Assembly: GCA_964016885.1 (NCBI GenBank)
Contig: OZ024740.1
Span: forward strand, 380,680,001 to 380,744,000
DNA from: Eledone cirrhosa
Taxonomy: Eukaryota
Length of the DNA stretch: 64,000 nt
Reading direction: 5' to 3'
In this document: positions 27,440-42,583 of the stretch, piece by piece
Layout of the letters: the number at the start of each line of letters is the position of its first letter
How positions within the stretch are numbered: position 1 is the stretch's first letter
Position numbers and translations under genes: made by a program
The notes under the pieces: generated by a model
The model's database searches: none
What the model was told of the DNA's origin: nothing
What the model saw: the letters and a program-made list of their open reading frames with translations, nothing else

Positions 27440-28224
27440 ACACACACATATACATGAATGCATCCGCACCCAACCGTGAGTTAAGGGTGCCAACTTCACC
27501 GATGTTGCTCAATGAATGACTGGGACAGACCAATCCGGTTGAACTAGACTGAACCAGTATCAGAGTTAAAAATACATTATGAAGAGAGAAGAAACATTTA
27601 GATATAATTAGTAATAAAATGTATCATACCTAAACTGCTCCTAGATACCTCGACTACGTAGTTTCGTGGCATAAACAAAAACAATACATCATAAAGATAT
27701 AGAGTCCTTGCGAGGTCTGCCGACTTATCAAGAGGATACCTCATTTTACTAGTCTCAAGAACGCGTCTACACGACTGTGTGTTTCTAAATATATTGTTAA
27801 TAACTCCCTCTGGTCGAGCAATCTTTGAGGTGTGGGGACTGCTGGAAAGCTTCCATTACTCATACTTCTCGCATCCTTCACCACCTCTTCTACGGCTTCG
27901 ATATAAATACCCCCTCCGCCTCCGTGGTATTTTCTTCGGGGTTATAAGAGGCTTAGCTCTGTTTCTCGACCGTTATATCGCGTGACTATCTCCCCTCCGC
28001 CTTTTGGGATTCTTTCTCACGTCGTGTAGACGCGTTCTTGAGACTAGTAAAATGAGGTATCCTCTTGATAAGTCGGCACACCTCGCAAGGACTCTATATC
28101 TTTATGATGTATTGTTTTTGTTTATGCCACGAAACTACGTAGTCGAGGTATCTAGGAGCAGTTTAGGTATGATACATTTTATTACTAATTATATCTAAAT
28201 GTTTCTTCTCTCTTCATAATGTAT
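27436..28224 (+). mobile_element. HHR-bearing element E (inverted arm 27436-27775 plus forward arm)
   Basis: Arms are reverse complements; flanked by (TA)n; HHRs at 27648-27735 (-) and 28061-28148 (+). Confidence 0.8.
28061..28148 (+). ncRNA. Type I HHR, U3:A8 variant, long stem II insert (family E)
   Basis: cctc-TTGATAA-gtcggca-(insert)-tgccac-GAAA-ctacgtag-TC-gagg; same core in all five copies. Confidence 0.75.
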
Positions 28225-28765
28225 ATATATATATATATATATATATCGCTAAAAGCTTTCTCCGATAATGTATTTATTTATATATATATATATTATATTT
28301 CACCTTCAGAAAGTGGTCCAACGATGTCAGCATGTTTATATCGAATTTTAACATTGACAGAAGGCCAGAAACTGTGTTGATGGTTATAGATGATAACATC
28401 TACCGCAGTACTTGGCAGGAACTTTATTTCAATACCCCATGAACGATGATCTTGACGGGGTTTGAACATGGACTGTAGTAGATTTGTGACTAATCATCTC
28501 GAGGTATTTTGTCTGGCGTTCAAATGATTTTGTCAACCCCTTGCACTTATATTAAAAGAATATTGAAACATTTATGTCCCTTCTTTCCCTCTTCCTTTCT
28601 TTCGTCTATTAATATTTAAAAAACGAGGACGAGATAGATATCAGATTTCTTCGTTCAAGCTCAATTGTAATAAAATGTGATATGTCAAATACTGAACTTT
28701 ACCGAAACAGTGCACGTCGGCAACATTTTGCTTAGTTTGCGATATTATTATTAAAAAAGAACTCA

Positions 28766-29275
28766 GGGTGGTGGATTGACAGAATCGTTAGAGCGTCGGG
28801 CAAAATGCTTTGCGGTATTCATTTACGGCCTTTTACGTTCTGAGTTCAAATCTCACTGGGGGAAAATTTGTTTTTCATCCTTGCTAGGGCGATAAAATAA
28901 AGTAACGGTAAAATATCGAAATACTTTTCTGACAGTTAAACAAACAAAAAAATATCACATGATCCACATGACAGGTGCAATGTGTCCGAACACGGAAGAG
29001 CCAAACTCCCTCTGTCATCGCCTCCATCTCTCTCGCCTTCCCCATCTCTCTGTATTATGAGCAAATTGGGTCCCACGTGCTGGCCGCCCCACAGCTCCGG
29101 CGGACAAAATGGAGAAGGCGTTTCCCCAGAGGATGGCAGGGGATACGTTGGAAGAGCCATTCCATTTCGCGAGGCTCACATCTACGCCTATGGTGGTAAG
29201 TACTGAGGTTGATTTAATTGACTTTCCCCTTTCGCTTAAATCGCTTCCCTTGTGTTAAATGTAATAATCATTATT
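28766..29275 (+). mobile_element. SINE family A split by a ~280 bp GC-richer insertion
   Basis: SINE 5' part 28766-28912; SINE 3' part resumes near 29197 (aagtactgaggttgatttaattgactttccc). Confidence 0.55.
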
Positions 29276-29442
29276 AAAGAATGAATTACAGTTATTATAA
29301 TTTCGTAAATGTTTATAATTTTTGCTTTTATCTAAAAAGCCGACCTTAGACGCTTTTCTGTTTAAATGTGATAGAAAATTTGGTTAGGGTGTTCTGGCAA
29401 ACACTTCGAATTGAAATCTAATGATTATAATTTTCTTTGATA

Positions 29443-29600
29443 ATCGGTAGAGCATCGGATAACATGTTTTGTGGCAAAGAGTTACGACCCTTTATGTTCT
29501 GATTTCAAATATCGCCAAGGTTAGCCTTGCTTTTCATCATTACTGGGTTGATTTAATCGACCAAAATTGTTGGCCTTGTGCTTAAATCAGAAACCATTAA
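29443..29600 (+). mobile_element. Diverged SINE family A copy
   Basis: atcggtagagc..ttctgatttcaaat..ttgttggccttgtgc. Confidence 0.65.
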
Positions 29601-30282
29601 TTTCTTTGATAATATATTCGAAGCTCCCCTTCTTACGGTTAACAATTTATATTGCTTTGATTTCTTTCTTCATAGCATCACCATATTAGGCAATAAATAA
29701 CAGTGCTACTAATGTTGCAGTAATAGTGAGTCAATTATATCGAACCAAGTATTTGAGGAGCTTATTGCGTCGCAGACCAGCCAACCGCTAAAAACACAAA
29801 TGGGGAGTACTATGAAAAAAAGGGCCCCAAAAACAGGTAGAAATGAGGCAAAATAGGGTGATTTTACATAATGAAAGCTATACCAATTTCCACAAGAGAA
29901 GACATCTCTCACCCACCCCAAAGTGGGTGAGGGATCCCTCAGTCGGACAGGGAGAGTTGACATGTCTGGTATTGATACTGAGGGAGTGAAAAGCAAAATC
30001 TACCCTGGTGTAACTCGAAGTCAGAACTCAAATAAACATAAGTTAATATGTGGGTGTTTGTAATTTTTTGTGTGCCGGTGTATGCAACACTGATATATAA
30101 ACATGTAGATGTGTATTTTATAAAGACGCACTTACAAACATTTGTTTATAGTTTGTTATAAAATGTACAAGGTTTATACAAGTATTTGGATACAGAGGTT
30201 TTCAATTATGAGTGTTTTTTTTAATGACAAGAAGGCTGTAGGAAATATCATTTCAACTTCCATAAAATATGGTGTGTTCATT

Positions 30283-30470
30283 CAATTGGCAATACCGGTA
30301 GAGTGTCAGACACCATGCTTTGTAGCATAGGAGTTATGGCCCTTTATGATCTGAATTCATATCCCGCCGGGGTTAACTTTGCTTTTCATCCTTACGGGAT
30401 CGATAAAATAAAGTTCCAGTAATACACTGAGATAATGGATGGCCTTGTGCCAAAACGTAGAAACAATTAT
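30283..30470 (+). mobile_element. SINE family A
   Basis: Head, B-box variant, core and 3' end match the consensus. Confidence 0.8.
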
Positions 30471-30776
30471 ATGAAGAGTGTTTCTTGTAAATATTTAGAA
30501 GTACAGCATTGTTATAGAAGGTACGGTCGAAAATATCTGTATTGAAGCATGGGTGAGGTATTCACCTATATACTTCATCTACTATTTTCCCTACAATGTC
30601 TGGATGGGAACATGTGTACAAGTATTTTTCTCGTTCGGTTTTGTGGTTAGGTTTGGGGAATATCTAAGAAATTGAGAATTTGTGTACATACACATATAAA
30701 CGCACGCAAAAACACACACACATGGATGCATGTGTGTTCATATTGATATGTATATATATGTATATTTATATATATA

Positions 30777-30851
<75 letters not shown>

Positions 30852-31229
30852 GCGCGTACTCACACATGTATATATATATACAGTATATACATGTGTGAGT
30901 ACGCGCGCATGTCTGTGTGTGCGTGTGTTTGTTCGTAAACATTGACCCAATGATGTAATATACAGTTAAAATATAAATCTTCGTGCATGCAGGGAGGGAG
31001 AGAGGGGGCGAGATAGAAGAGAAGATGCAGAGAATTGTCAAGAATAATACAACTAAACATGAGTCATTTTAGGAACATTTATCTGGGGAAAATATCATAT
31101 ACATACAATCTCTTCTAAGTAGGTCCCATGAGAAATATCTATATATCTATTCAACACGTTGTTTAAGTAGGGTGGAGGAAGCAGCAGTAGGATGAAAGTT
31201 GGAGAGAGGGGATTCAAAGATAGCAGGAC

Positions 31230-31323
31230 CAGCAGCAGCAGCAGAAGAAGAAGAAGAAGAAGAAGAAGAAGAAGAAGAAGAAGAACAACAACAACAACAA
31301 AAACAACAACAAACAACAACAAC
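31230..31323. repeat. Compound (AGC)n(AGA)n(ACA)n trinucleotide repeat
   Basis: Direct reading. Confidence 0.9.
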
Positions 31324-31382
31324 ATGTATGCTATAATTAATACGTTTTTAATACCCATGTTAGGGATATATTATGATTATGA

Positions 31383-31570
31383 AGGCAGTGAATTGGCAGT
31401 CTCAGTAGAGCGTCGGACCCCTGCTTTCCAGCATAGTTACATCCCTTTATGGTCTGAGTTCAAATTCCGCCGAGGTTAACTTTGCCTTAGGGGGTCGATA
31501 AAATGAAGCACCAGTAATGCACTCGGGAAATTGCTGGCCTTGTGCCAAAAGTAGAAACAATTATTATTGT
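31383..31570 (+). mobile_element. SINE family A
   Basis: Consensus match with a small internal deletion. Confidence 0.8.
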
Positions 31571-31665
31571 TTCGTCGCTGTTATATTTACGATACTGCTG
31601 CTGCTGTTATTCGGTGTGAACGGTTACGTGACACGATGCTACCCGATAACTTATGAACAGATATG

Positions 31666-32096
31666 ATTTCTACTATAGGCACAAGACCAGCAATTTTGGG
31701 GAGGGGAAAGTCGATTATATCGACCCCAGTGCGTTAATGGTACTTTATTTTATCGACCATGTAAGGTGAAAGGCAAAGCTCTTCGGCGGGAGTCGAACTC
31801 TGAATGTAAAGGGCCGTAACTCTATGCCGTGAAGCAGGGTGTCCGACGCTCTACCGATTCTGCCAATCCACCGCCTTTAATAATAACGGTTTCTTATATA
31901 GGCACACGGTCAGCAATTTTGGGGGAGGGGAAAGGCGATTAAATCGACTCCAGTGCATGACTTTATTTTATCGACCACGTTAGGATGAAAGGCAAAGTTA
32001 ATCTCGGTGGGATTTGAACTCAGATCATAAAGGGCCGTAACTCTATGCTGCAAAGCATGGTGTCCGACCCTCTACCGATACTGCTAATCCACCGCC
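31666..32096 (-). mobile_element. Two tandem full-length SINE family A copies (long variant)
   Basis: Both end in ..ctgc.aatccaccgcc on the + strand and contain the ggggaggggaaag.cgatt..atcgac segment. Confidence 0.85.
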
Positions 32097-32740
32097 CACC
32101 TTATGAACAGATATAAAAGCAGTACGAACAGCAACTACAACATGCCATCATTTGTAGCCATTGGGGGCCACCTTTCCTGGTGATTTCCTCCAAGAAAGGT
32201 GAGGAGGCAAATTGACATAACTTTAGTTTTTAAAAGAAAAGAAAGAAACGGAGAGAACTTGTAAATGCATATGTCGGCTAGTCTTCTTTATACATTTGAT
32301 TTACTAGGAGGCGTGTTTTGATACATAGAATCGGTAATATTACTGTAATTCATTGTATGTTTTACTTTATTCGTTTAGAGAACAGTTGGGCTTCTGCCAT
32401 TGATACGGCACCTTGGATTCTATAATAGCTTGAAATTCATGTCCCTAAAAAGTAGCATCCCTGTAATAGCCGACCCCATAAATTTAACCTTGAAATGGTC
32501 TAAAATATTGGCCGATTACAAAAGTATATATATACATTATATACAGTATACACACACACACACACACACATATATATTTATGTAAGTAAATATATATATG
32601 TATATATATATATATTTACTTACATATATATATTTACTTACATAATATACATAAATATATATATATATATAAGTATATATATATACATAATATACAATAT
32701 ATATATATATAAGTATATATATATACATAATATACAATAT

Positions 32741-33716
32741 ACATTATGAAGAGAGAAGAAACATTTAGATATAATTAGTAATAAAATGTATCATACCTAA
32801 ACTGCTCCTAAATTCCTCGACTACGTAGTTTCGTGGCATAAACAAAAACAATATATCATAAAGACATAGAGTCCTTGCGAGGTCTGCCGACTTATCAAGA
32901 GGATACCTCATTTTACTAGTCTCAAGAACGCGTCTACACGACGTGAGAAAGAATCCCAAAAGGCGGAGGGGGAGATAGTCACGCGATATAACGGTCGAGA
33001 AACAGAGCTAAGCCTCTTATAACCCCGAAGAAAATACCACGGAGGCGGAGGGGGTAGTTATATCATGTATATATGTGTGTGTCCGCATGTATCTGTGTGT
33101 TTCTAATTATATTGCTAATAACTCCCTCTGGTCGAGCAATCTTTGAAGTGTGGGGACAGCTGGAAGGCTTCCATTACTCATACTTCTCGCCTTCTTCACC
33201 ACCTCTTCTACGGCCTCGATATAAATACCCCCTCCGCCTCCGTGGTATTTTCTTCGGGGTTATAAGAGGCTTAGCTCTGTTTCTCGACCGTTATATCGCG
33301 TGACTATCTCCCCCTCCGCCTTTTGGGATTCTTTCTCACGTCGTGTAGACGCGTTCTTGAGACTAGTAAAATGAGGTATCCTCTTGATAAGTCGGCAGAC
33401 CTCGCAAGGACTCTATGTCTTTATGATATATTGTTTTTGTTTATGCCACGAAACTACGTAGTCGAGGAATTTAGGAGCAGTTTAGGTATGATACATTTTA
33501 TTACTAATTATATCTAAATGTTTCTTCTCTCTTCATAATGTATTTTTAACTCTGATACTGGTTCAGTCTAGTTCAACTGAATTGGTCTGTCCCAGTCATT
33601 CATTGAGCAACATCGGTGAAGTTGGCACCCTTAACTCACAGTTGGGTGCGGATGCATTCATGTATATATGTGTGTGTCCGCATGTATCTGTGTGTTTCTA
33701 ATTATATTGTTAATAT
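32741..33716 (+). mobile_element. Element E second insertion: inverted arm plus full ~595 nt monomer
   Basis: tcatgtatatatgtgtgtgtccgcatg at 33063 and 33658; inverted arm 32741-33058; HHRs at 32815-32902 (-) and 33380-33467 (+). Confidence 0.8.
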
Positions 33717-33875
<159 letters not shown>

Positions 33876-33978
33876 ATAGAATACTATTAGTTTCTCGCTA
33901 AAACAATTTCTATACCTTTCGTTAAATAATGAACTTTTTTTGTTTAATATAAGGAATTGTTTGTTCATTATTTGTTTA

Positions 33979-34035
<57 letters not shown>

Positions 34036-34036
34036 C

Positions 34037-34083
<47 letters not shown>

Positions 34084-34085
<2 letters not shown>

Positions 34086-34321
34086 GTGACTATCTCCCCC
34101 TCCGCCTTTGGGGATTCTTTCTCACGTCGTGTAGACGCGTTCTTGAGACTAGTAAAATGAGGTATCCTCTTGATAAGTCGGCAGACCTCGCAAGGACTCT
34201 ATATCTTTGATATATTGTTTTTATTTATGCCACGAAACTACGTAGTCGAGGAATTTAGGAACAGTTTAGGTATGATACATTTTATTACTAATTATATCTA
34301 AATGTTTCTTCTCTCTTCATA

Positions 34322-34325
<4 letters not shown>
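34084..34325 (+). mobile_element. Element E truncated copy with HHR (34166-34251)
   Basis: Near-identical to 33298-33541; flanked by (TA)n. Confidence 0.8.
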
Positions 34326-34362
<37 letters not shown>

Positions 34363-34554
34363 ATATACATAAATATATATACATAAATATATATAAATAC
34401 ACTATAAGAAAAAAAATCGGATTCTTCGCTTCCATTTTGAACTTGTACCATTAAAATATTTGGCATTTGAAACAATTGTAAATGAATAAACGTATTTAAA
34501 AAGTGTAACTTGATTCTCCTACTTGAAATTATGTTATATATATATATATATATA

Positions 34555-35805
<1,251 letters not shown>

Positions 35806-35941
35806 TATAATAACTTGTGTGTTACACCTCTATTCTTTTAACTATATATATATATATATATATAAATATAGTAATAATAATAAAATCCGGTTGCAACGTT
35901 TTTTGAAATATCCAGTTCTGCGTTTACAGATTGACTTTGTT

Positions 35942-35992
35942 AGTTTCAGAAGATCCCGTTAAGGGTGAAAGCAGCGATTCTTTGCTTAAACT
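35942..35992 (+). ncRNA. HHR-like motif of family B (CAGAAGA core)
   Basis: agttt-CAGAAGA-tccc-gttaa-gggt-GAAA-gca-gcgattctt-tgc-TT-aaact. Confidence 0.55.
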
Positions 35993-36008
35993 TTAATCTG
36001 TTATTTTA

Positions 36009-36095
<87 letters not shown>

Positions 36096-36425
36096 GATAA
36101 ATCTACCAAAATATACGGTAGTGTCCAATCCGTATGAAGAACTCAATGTAATCCGAATATCATGAAAATAGATGTATTAAACATTTTTTCAATGAAAATC
36201 ACAGGAAAACAGAGTCAAGATAAGTTAGTAAAAACAATGAATAAAAACAAAGAAACAGTTCCTTATATTAAAAAATTCATCGTTTCACGATCGTTTCTAG
36301 GATATATATGTCTGTGTTGGTATGTATATCATATAGATCTATGTAAACATTTTACAAACTATCAGAGGGAATATACATACCTACACATATATATGCTGTC
36401 TTCAGAAATATATATGTGAGAAAAA

Positions 36426-36463
36426 CCTTTTGAAAAGCAGAAGAACTGCGAAACCGGTAAAGG
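36426..36463 (+). ncRNA. Minimal HHR, U3:A8 variant (family D)
   Basis: cctt-TTGAAAA-gcag-aagaa-ctgc-GAAA-ccgg-TA-aagg; all stems pair; palindromic stem III ACCGGT. Confidence 0.75.
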
Positions 36464-36668
36464 AACCAAATAAAAATATATATATTTAAAAAAAAAATAA
36501 GACTCCAGTTGCATTTTCGATTTCATCTTTTTTTCTTTATACTTTCACTCGTGTAGGACACCTCGGTTATTTTTCATTTTGTAAACAAAACCTCACTTTC
36601 TAATATATATATATATATAGTAATAATAATAAATTTGAAGACTAAAATCCAAAGAGGGCTCGATAAGG

Positions 36669-36766
<98 letters not shown>

Positions 36767-36961
36767 GTGTATGTATGTATATGTATGTATATATATAAAC
36801 AGAATTTACATATATATATATAAATATATATATATACATATATATTTATATATATATATGTAAATTCTGTTGAAATTCTGTTATATACAGATATATGTAA
36901 ATTCTGTTATATATATATGTAAATTCTACTTGAAATTCTGTTATATACATATATATATATA

Positions 36962-37198
36962 TATTAATAAGAGGAATTCCAACTTTGTCTGATTTACTCG
37001 AACTGTTGAAAATTGCAAACTTGACTGTCACCACACATTATGAACCTGAAGATTGCGAAAGCATGAAAGTACTTGTTCAATTAACACTTAACATTTAATA
37101 TTCTAGCATACTATTTCATTATAATACTATTACAAATTTTAAAGGATTGTAAATAAAACGAGTAAATCAGACAAAGTTGGAATTCCTCTTATTAATAT
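36962..37198 (+). mobile_element. Small HHR-bearing element J with 38 bp inverted ends
   Basis: tattaataagaggaattccaactttgtctgatttactcg inverted at 37159-37198. Confidence 0.7.
37041..37079 (+). ncRNA. Minimal type I hammerhead ribozyme, canonical core
   Basis: tgaac-CTGAAGA-ttgc-gaaa-gcat-GAAA-gtac-TT-gttca; palindromic stem III AGTACT. Confidence 0.85.
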
Positions 37199-37229
37199 AA
37201 TCTTCTATACACAATCATACACACCCGTG

Positions 37230-37265
<36 letters not shown>

Positions 37266-37266
37266 T

Positions 37267-38931
37267 ATGTTCGATAGGGTCGACCATGGTTACCTGGATG
37301 CGGTGCTAGCGGCGGCTGGGTTCGGCCCTGTTTTCAGAGGCTGGATCACTGCCTTACATAGCAACCACATCTGTTCTAGAATCAAGGTGAACGGCTACCT
37401 TTCGAAGCCGTTCGAAATCACACGATCCATTCGACAGGGGTGCCCTCTCTCCTCCCTTCTGTACGTATTGACTCTCGAGCCTTTACTGAGGAAGTTGGAG
37501 TTGTTGCAGGGTATCCCCCTGGAACCAGGATTGAGCAAAGCGGTGTCGGCCTACGCCGATGACGTAACACTAATGGTATCGACCGACTTGGAGATCGAGG
37601 CGATCGGCACCTTACTGGAGGAATACGAAAGGTTGTCAGGAGCGAAACTGAACCGGGAAAAATCCATCGGGCTGCAGCTCGGAACGTGGAGAGGCAGACC
37701 GATGCCTCCCGACGGTGTCGTCGGACACTGGACGGAGGGCCCGGTGAAGTTGCTTGGGGTCTGGTTTGAACCGGACCTCCAGGTGGAAAAGAACTGGGGC
37801 GAGGTTACGAGCAAGGTGTTTGCACTGACCCAGAAATGGGCCAAGTGTAAGCTGTCCCTGAAAGGTCGAGCGGAGGTGGCGAACATTTACATAGCGTCCG
37901 TCACCTACTACCGCCTGACTGTCGTGCCTTGCCCTAAGGAAACACTCACCACCATGGAACGCATGCTCTTTCAATTTCTTTGGAAAAAGCGCCCTCCTAT
38001 GGTGAGAAGATCCATCTGCTGCCAACAACCTTCGAAAGGAGGGCTGGGGATGCCGTGGTTGATGATGCGTAGGCACGCATTAAGGCTACGGCACCTACAG
38101 GTATTCCTCACTGGTCAACCGGTGTGGGCTCCGTTCGTGAGACGAGCCTTTCCGAGACTCGTCTCGCTCACCGAGCTGCAGTCCTGGGTCAAGCAAAGAT
38201 CCGGAAAACTGGGCGACTGGCACACTGAGTGTGCTCAGGCGCTCAGGGCTCTCTGGCAAGCGGACCCGGCCATCGGTGGAGAATCCACCTCGTCATTATA
38301 TAGAGGGCTGGTGGCTAGCAGGGGCGATGACACCCTTGGAGAGTCGGTGGACATGGAAGAGGACGAACTGGCCAGCCTGTTCGGTAGGACTTTCGACCCG
38401 GGACCAATGGACTTCCAGAAGTCACTGGCCTGGCAGTGCTACAGGGGGGCTCTACCCGTTCGAGAGAGGCTCTACAGACACGGGCGCCCGGGCAGGGATC
38501 CCTCGAAAAAGATTAGCCCTAGATGCGTGCGTCACGAAGAAACCGTTGCGCACGCATTGGTGCAATGTCCGGGCGTGGCTGATCTGTGGGGCTACGCCGA
38601 ACGACTGCTGTCGCGGGTGGCGCCGATTCGATTGACTGCCGAATCCGTGATGACAATCAAGCCGCCTCCCATTTTCACAAAGGAAACAAAGGCGGTTTTT
38701 CTGTGCGTAATAGCCATGTTGAAAGAGGTTATTTGGTGGACACGATTGAAAGGTCTGAGGTCAGGCAACTTCCTCTCTGGCCATAGTCTGGTCTACTTCT
38801 TCCGATATCACTTCGGAAGAAGGATAAGAATGAAGAGAGAGGTGCTTGGCCACAGGCAGTTTTATGAAAGGTGGGTGATAGTGGCGAGAATGGCTCGTGT
38901 AAATGGGCCTTCTCTGTATACCATCCTGTAG
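37267..38931 (+). CDS. 5'-truncated L1/Tx1-clade LINE ORF2 (RT C-terminal half + zinc-binding region)
   Basis: FDRVDH, IRQGCPLS, AYADD, LSLKGRA, GGLGMP, ETVAHALVQC; the apparent Met comes from the flanking (TA)n, so the product is probably not expressed. Confidence 0.85.
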   Translation: MFDRVDHGYLDAVLAAAGFGPVFRGWITALHSNHICSRIKVNGYLSKPFEITRSIRQGCPLSSLLYVLTLEPLLRKLELLQGIPLEPGLSKAVSAYADDVTLMVSTDLEIEAIGTLLEEYERLSGAKLNREKSIGLQLGTWRGRPMPPDGVVGHWTEGPVKLLGVWFEPDLQVEKNWGEVTSKVFALTQKWAKCKLSLKGRAEVANIYIASVTYYRLTVVPCPKETLTTMERMLFQFLWKKRPPMVRRSICCQQPSKGGLGMPWLMMRRHALRLRHLQVFLTGQPVWAPFVRRAFPRLVSLTELQSWVKQRSGKLGDWHTECAQALRALWQADPAIGGESTSSLYRGLVASRGDDTLGESVDMEEDELASLFGRTFDPGPMDFQKSLAWQCYRGALPVRERLYRHGRPGRDPSKKISPRCVRHEETVAHALVQCPGVADLWGYAERLLSRVAPIRLTAESVMTIKPPPIFTKETKAVFLCVIAMLKEVIWWTRLKGLRSGNFLSGHSLVYFFRYHFGRRIRMKREVLGHRQFYERWVIVARMARVNGPSLYTIL

Positions 38932-39141
38932 GTAAAGAAGTGAAGGAGAGGGGAGCACCTCCTCCATGTGCTCCCTCGGCAAAGGATTGCACACTTTTTC
39001 GGGGGTGTGTGCAACCCCCATCACGTCCCCTCCCTTTTGAGGTTGTTTTCGATTATTTTCATTTTATACCCTTTTTACTCGGTTTTATGTAAAGTCCCCC
39101 TTTGTATTTGTCCCTTCTTTTTATGCCTTTATGGCAAATAA

Positions 39142-39150
<9 letters not shown>
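37267..39150 (+). mobile_element. L1/Tx1 LINE 3' portion inserted in (TA)n
   Basis: ORF followed by a T-rich 3' UTR and AATAAA repeats; (TA)n on both sides. Confidence 0.85.
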
Positions 39151-39195
<45 letters not shown>

Positions 39196-39329
39196 CAGAA
39201 TTTCAAGTAGGAGAATCAAGTTACACTTTTTAAAAACGTTTATTCATTTACTATTGTTTCAAATGCCAAATATTTTAATGGTACAAGTTCAAAATGGAAG
39301 CGATGAATCCGATTATTCTTCTTATCGTG

Positions 39330-40012
39330 TCCACAAGAGTGTCGGCTACAAAGCTTGGCTAGATGTGGTTCCGTCACAGCTGAACATATTGCTCTTCTTT
39401 CTCATTAAACTCTGCCAAGTCCAACGCTGTGCAGGGGTGTTCCAGCAGGGGGCATATCAGGAGGTGCTCCGTAGTCTGTGGTTTGATGCCGCAGTCACAC
39501 ACAACGTTTCCATCCTTGAAATATCTCCATTTTGCCAGATTAGCTTTTGCACGACCAACACCAGATGTTAATCTGTTGAGGCATTTCCACACTCATAATT
39601 TGTATCTGCTCTGGGAGGCAGTGCCTCACTCGTCTTTAGCTTCATTGTTGTTATAAATGGGAAGTTGTTAAGATTTTCTTCCCAGCGAGTGACTCTTTCA
39701 CTACTTATGCTTGATGTATGCACTACTTATGCTTCGAAGGGGTGTGACTGTCTTTAGGAAACTTTTCCTAGATTTAAGGCGGCTTTTGGCTGGCACATGG
39801 CCGAAGAGAGGTTCTTTTTGATCTGTAGTCTGTTGTTGACTCTCGTTCTTGCTTGCTCCACGTCGTATCTCTGGTCGTGCTATGCCTACCAGGATATGCA
39901 GATAGTCCGTAGGTGTAGATTTCAGGCAGCCTGTGGTGAGGCGGCAGCTAGCATTGAGGGCAGGATCTACCTTCTGGATATAGACAGCTCGCTCCCATAC
40001 TAGGCATGCATA
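39330..40012 (-). pseudogene. Decayed I-group (Ingi/Vingi-like) LINE 3' fragment
   Basis: EYACLVWER..LNASCRLTTGCLKSTP..GIARPEIRR and LNRLTSGVGRAKANLAKW..CDCG..QTTEHLLICP in two ORFs. Confidence 0.7.
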
Positions 40013-40207
40013 CTCATGTAATATCAAAGCACCCATATATATATTTGTACATTCTCGTCAGAATAAATAAACATATATTAACAAAAATGTCAGCTTACCC
40101 CCAAGCATCAAAAAGAACAAAATTTAAATATAATACACATTTTGATAAAGATATTTCAACGTGCAAAATCTATCTAGCTATCTATCGATCTATTTATCTA
40201 TCTACCC

Positions 40208-41594
<1,387 letters not shown>

Positions 41595-41608
41595 TATATA
41601 TATATAAT

Positions 41609-41659
<51 letters not shown>

Positions 41660-41662
<3 letters not shown>

Positions 41663-42165
41663 ATCATAAATCATGTCCTTAGAATTATTAGATAAAATAT
41701 ATACTATTTCCTCTTCTAATTAGCATAATTAACCATATAAAAAATCAATTAGACCAAGCTATAAGAAGAAAGGCTCTTATGAAGAAATCTCCGACAAATA
41801 ACTGACAGTGGCCTCTTCGCGGTGGCCCCAATAGATTATTTATCCAACATTTCGACAGCATCTAGAAACTGACTAAATATATCATCAACCATACACAATT
41901 AGGTGTAAAATTAAACTTAGAAGAAATGTGTACATATCGTAATTATATCTCTACCATAGTTTCATCCGTATTTTTAGACATCCAAATAATAGGAATGTCT
42001 TGAGTTAGGATTCATCAGGAGACAAACTCAAAATCAGACATCTAGTTTTCTAACCCGATTGCGCCAAAATTAGATTAAAAAATGGCTAATAATCGCTATG
42101 TGGCTGTGGTCAAGCTAGAGTATATATTTTATCTAATAATTCTAAGGACATGATTTATGATATAT
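41660..42165 (-). mobile_element. HHR-bearing element M with ~46 bp inverted ends
   Basis: tatatcataaatcatgtccttagaattattagataaaa inverted at ~42118-42165. Confidence 0.7.
41948..42022 (-). ncRNA. Type I HHR, canonical core, stem II insert with its own hairpin
   Basis: Minus strand: tctc-CTGATGA-atcc-(~40 nt incl. agacat..atgtct)-ggat-GAAA-ctatgg-TA-gaga. Confidence 0.8.
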
Positions 42166-42257
42166 TGCTCTAATTATTTAATTTATTAATTCTTCATAGA
42201 GCTTAAAAGTGACCGGTTGCAACATATATATATCTAAAACTTTATGTATATGTAAAC

Positions 42258-42382
<125 letters not shown>

Positions 42383-42456
42383 TTTTGCACGTTGAAATAT
42401 CTTTATTAAAATGTGTATTATATATGCATTTTGTTCTTGATGATGCTTGAGTTAAT

Positions 42457-42583
<127 letters not shown>

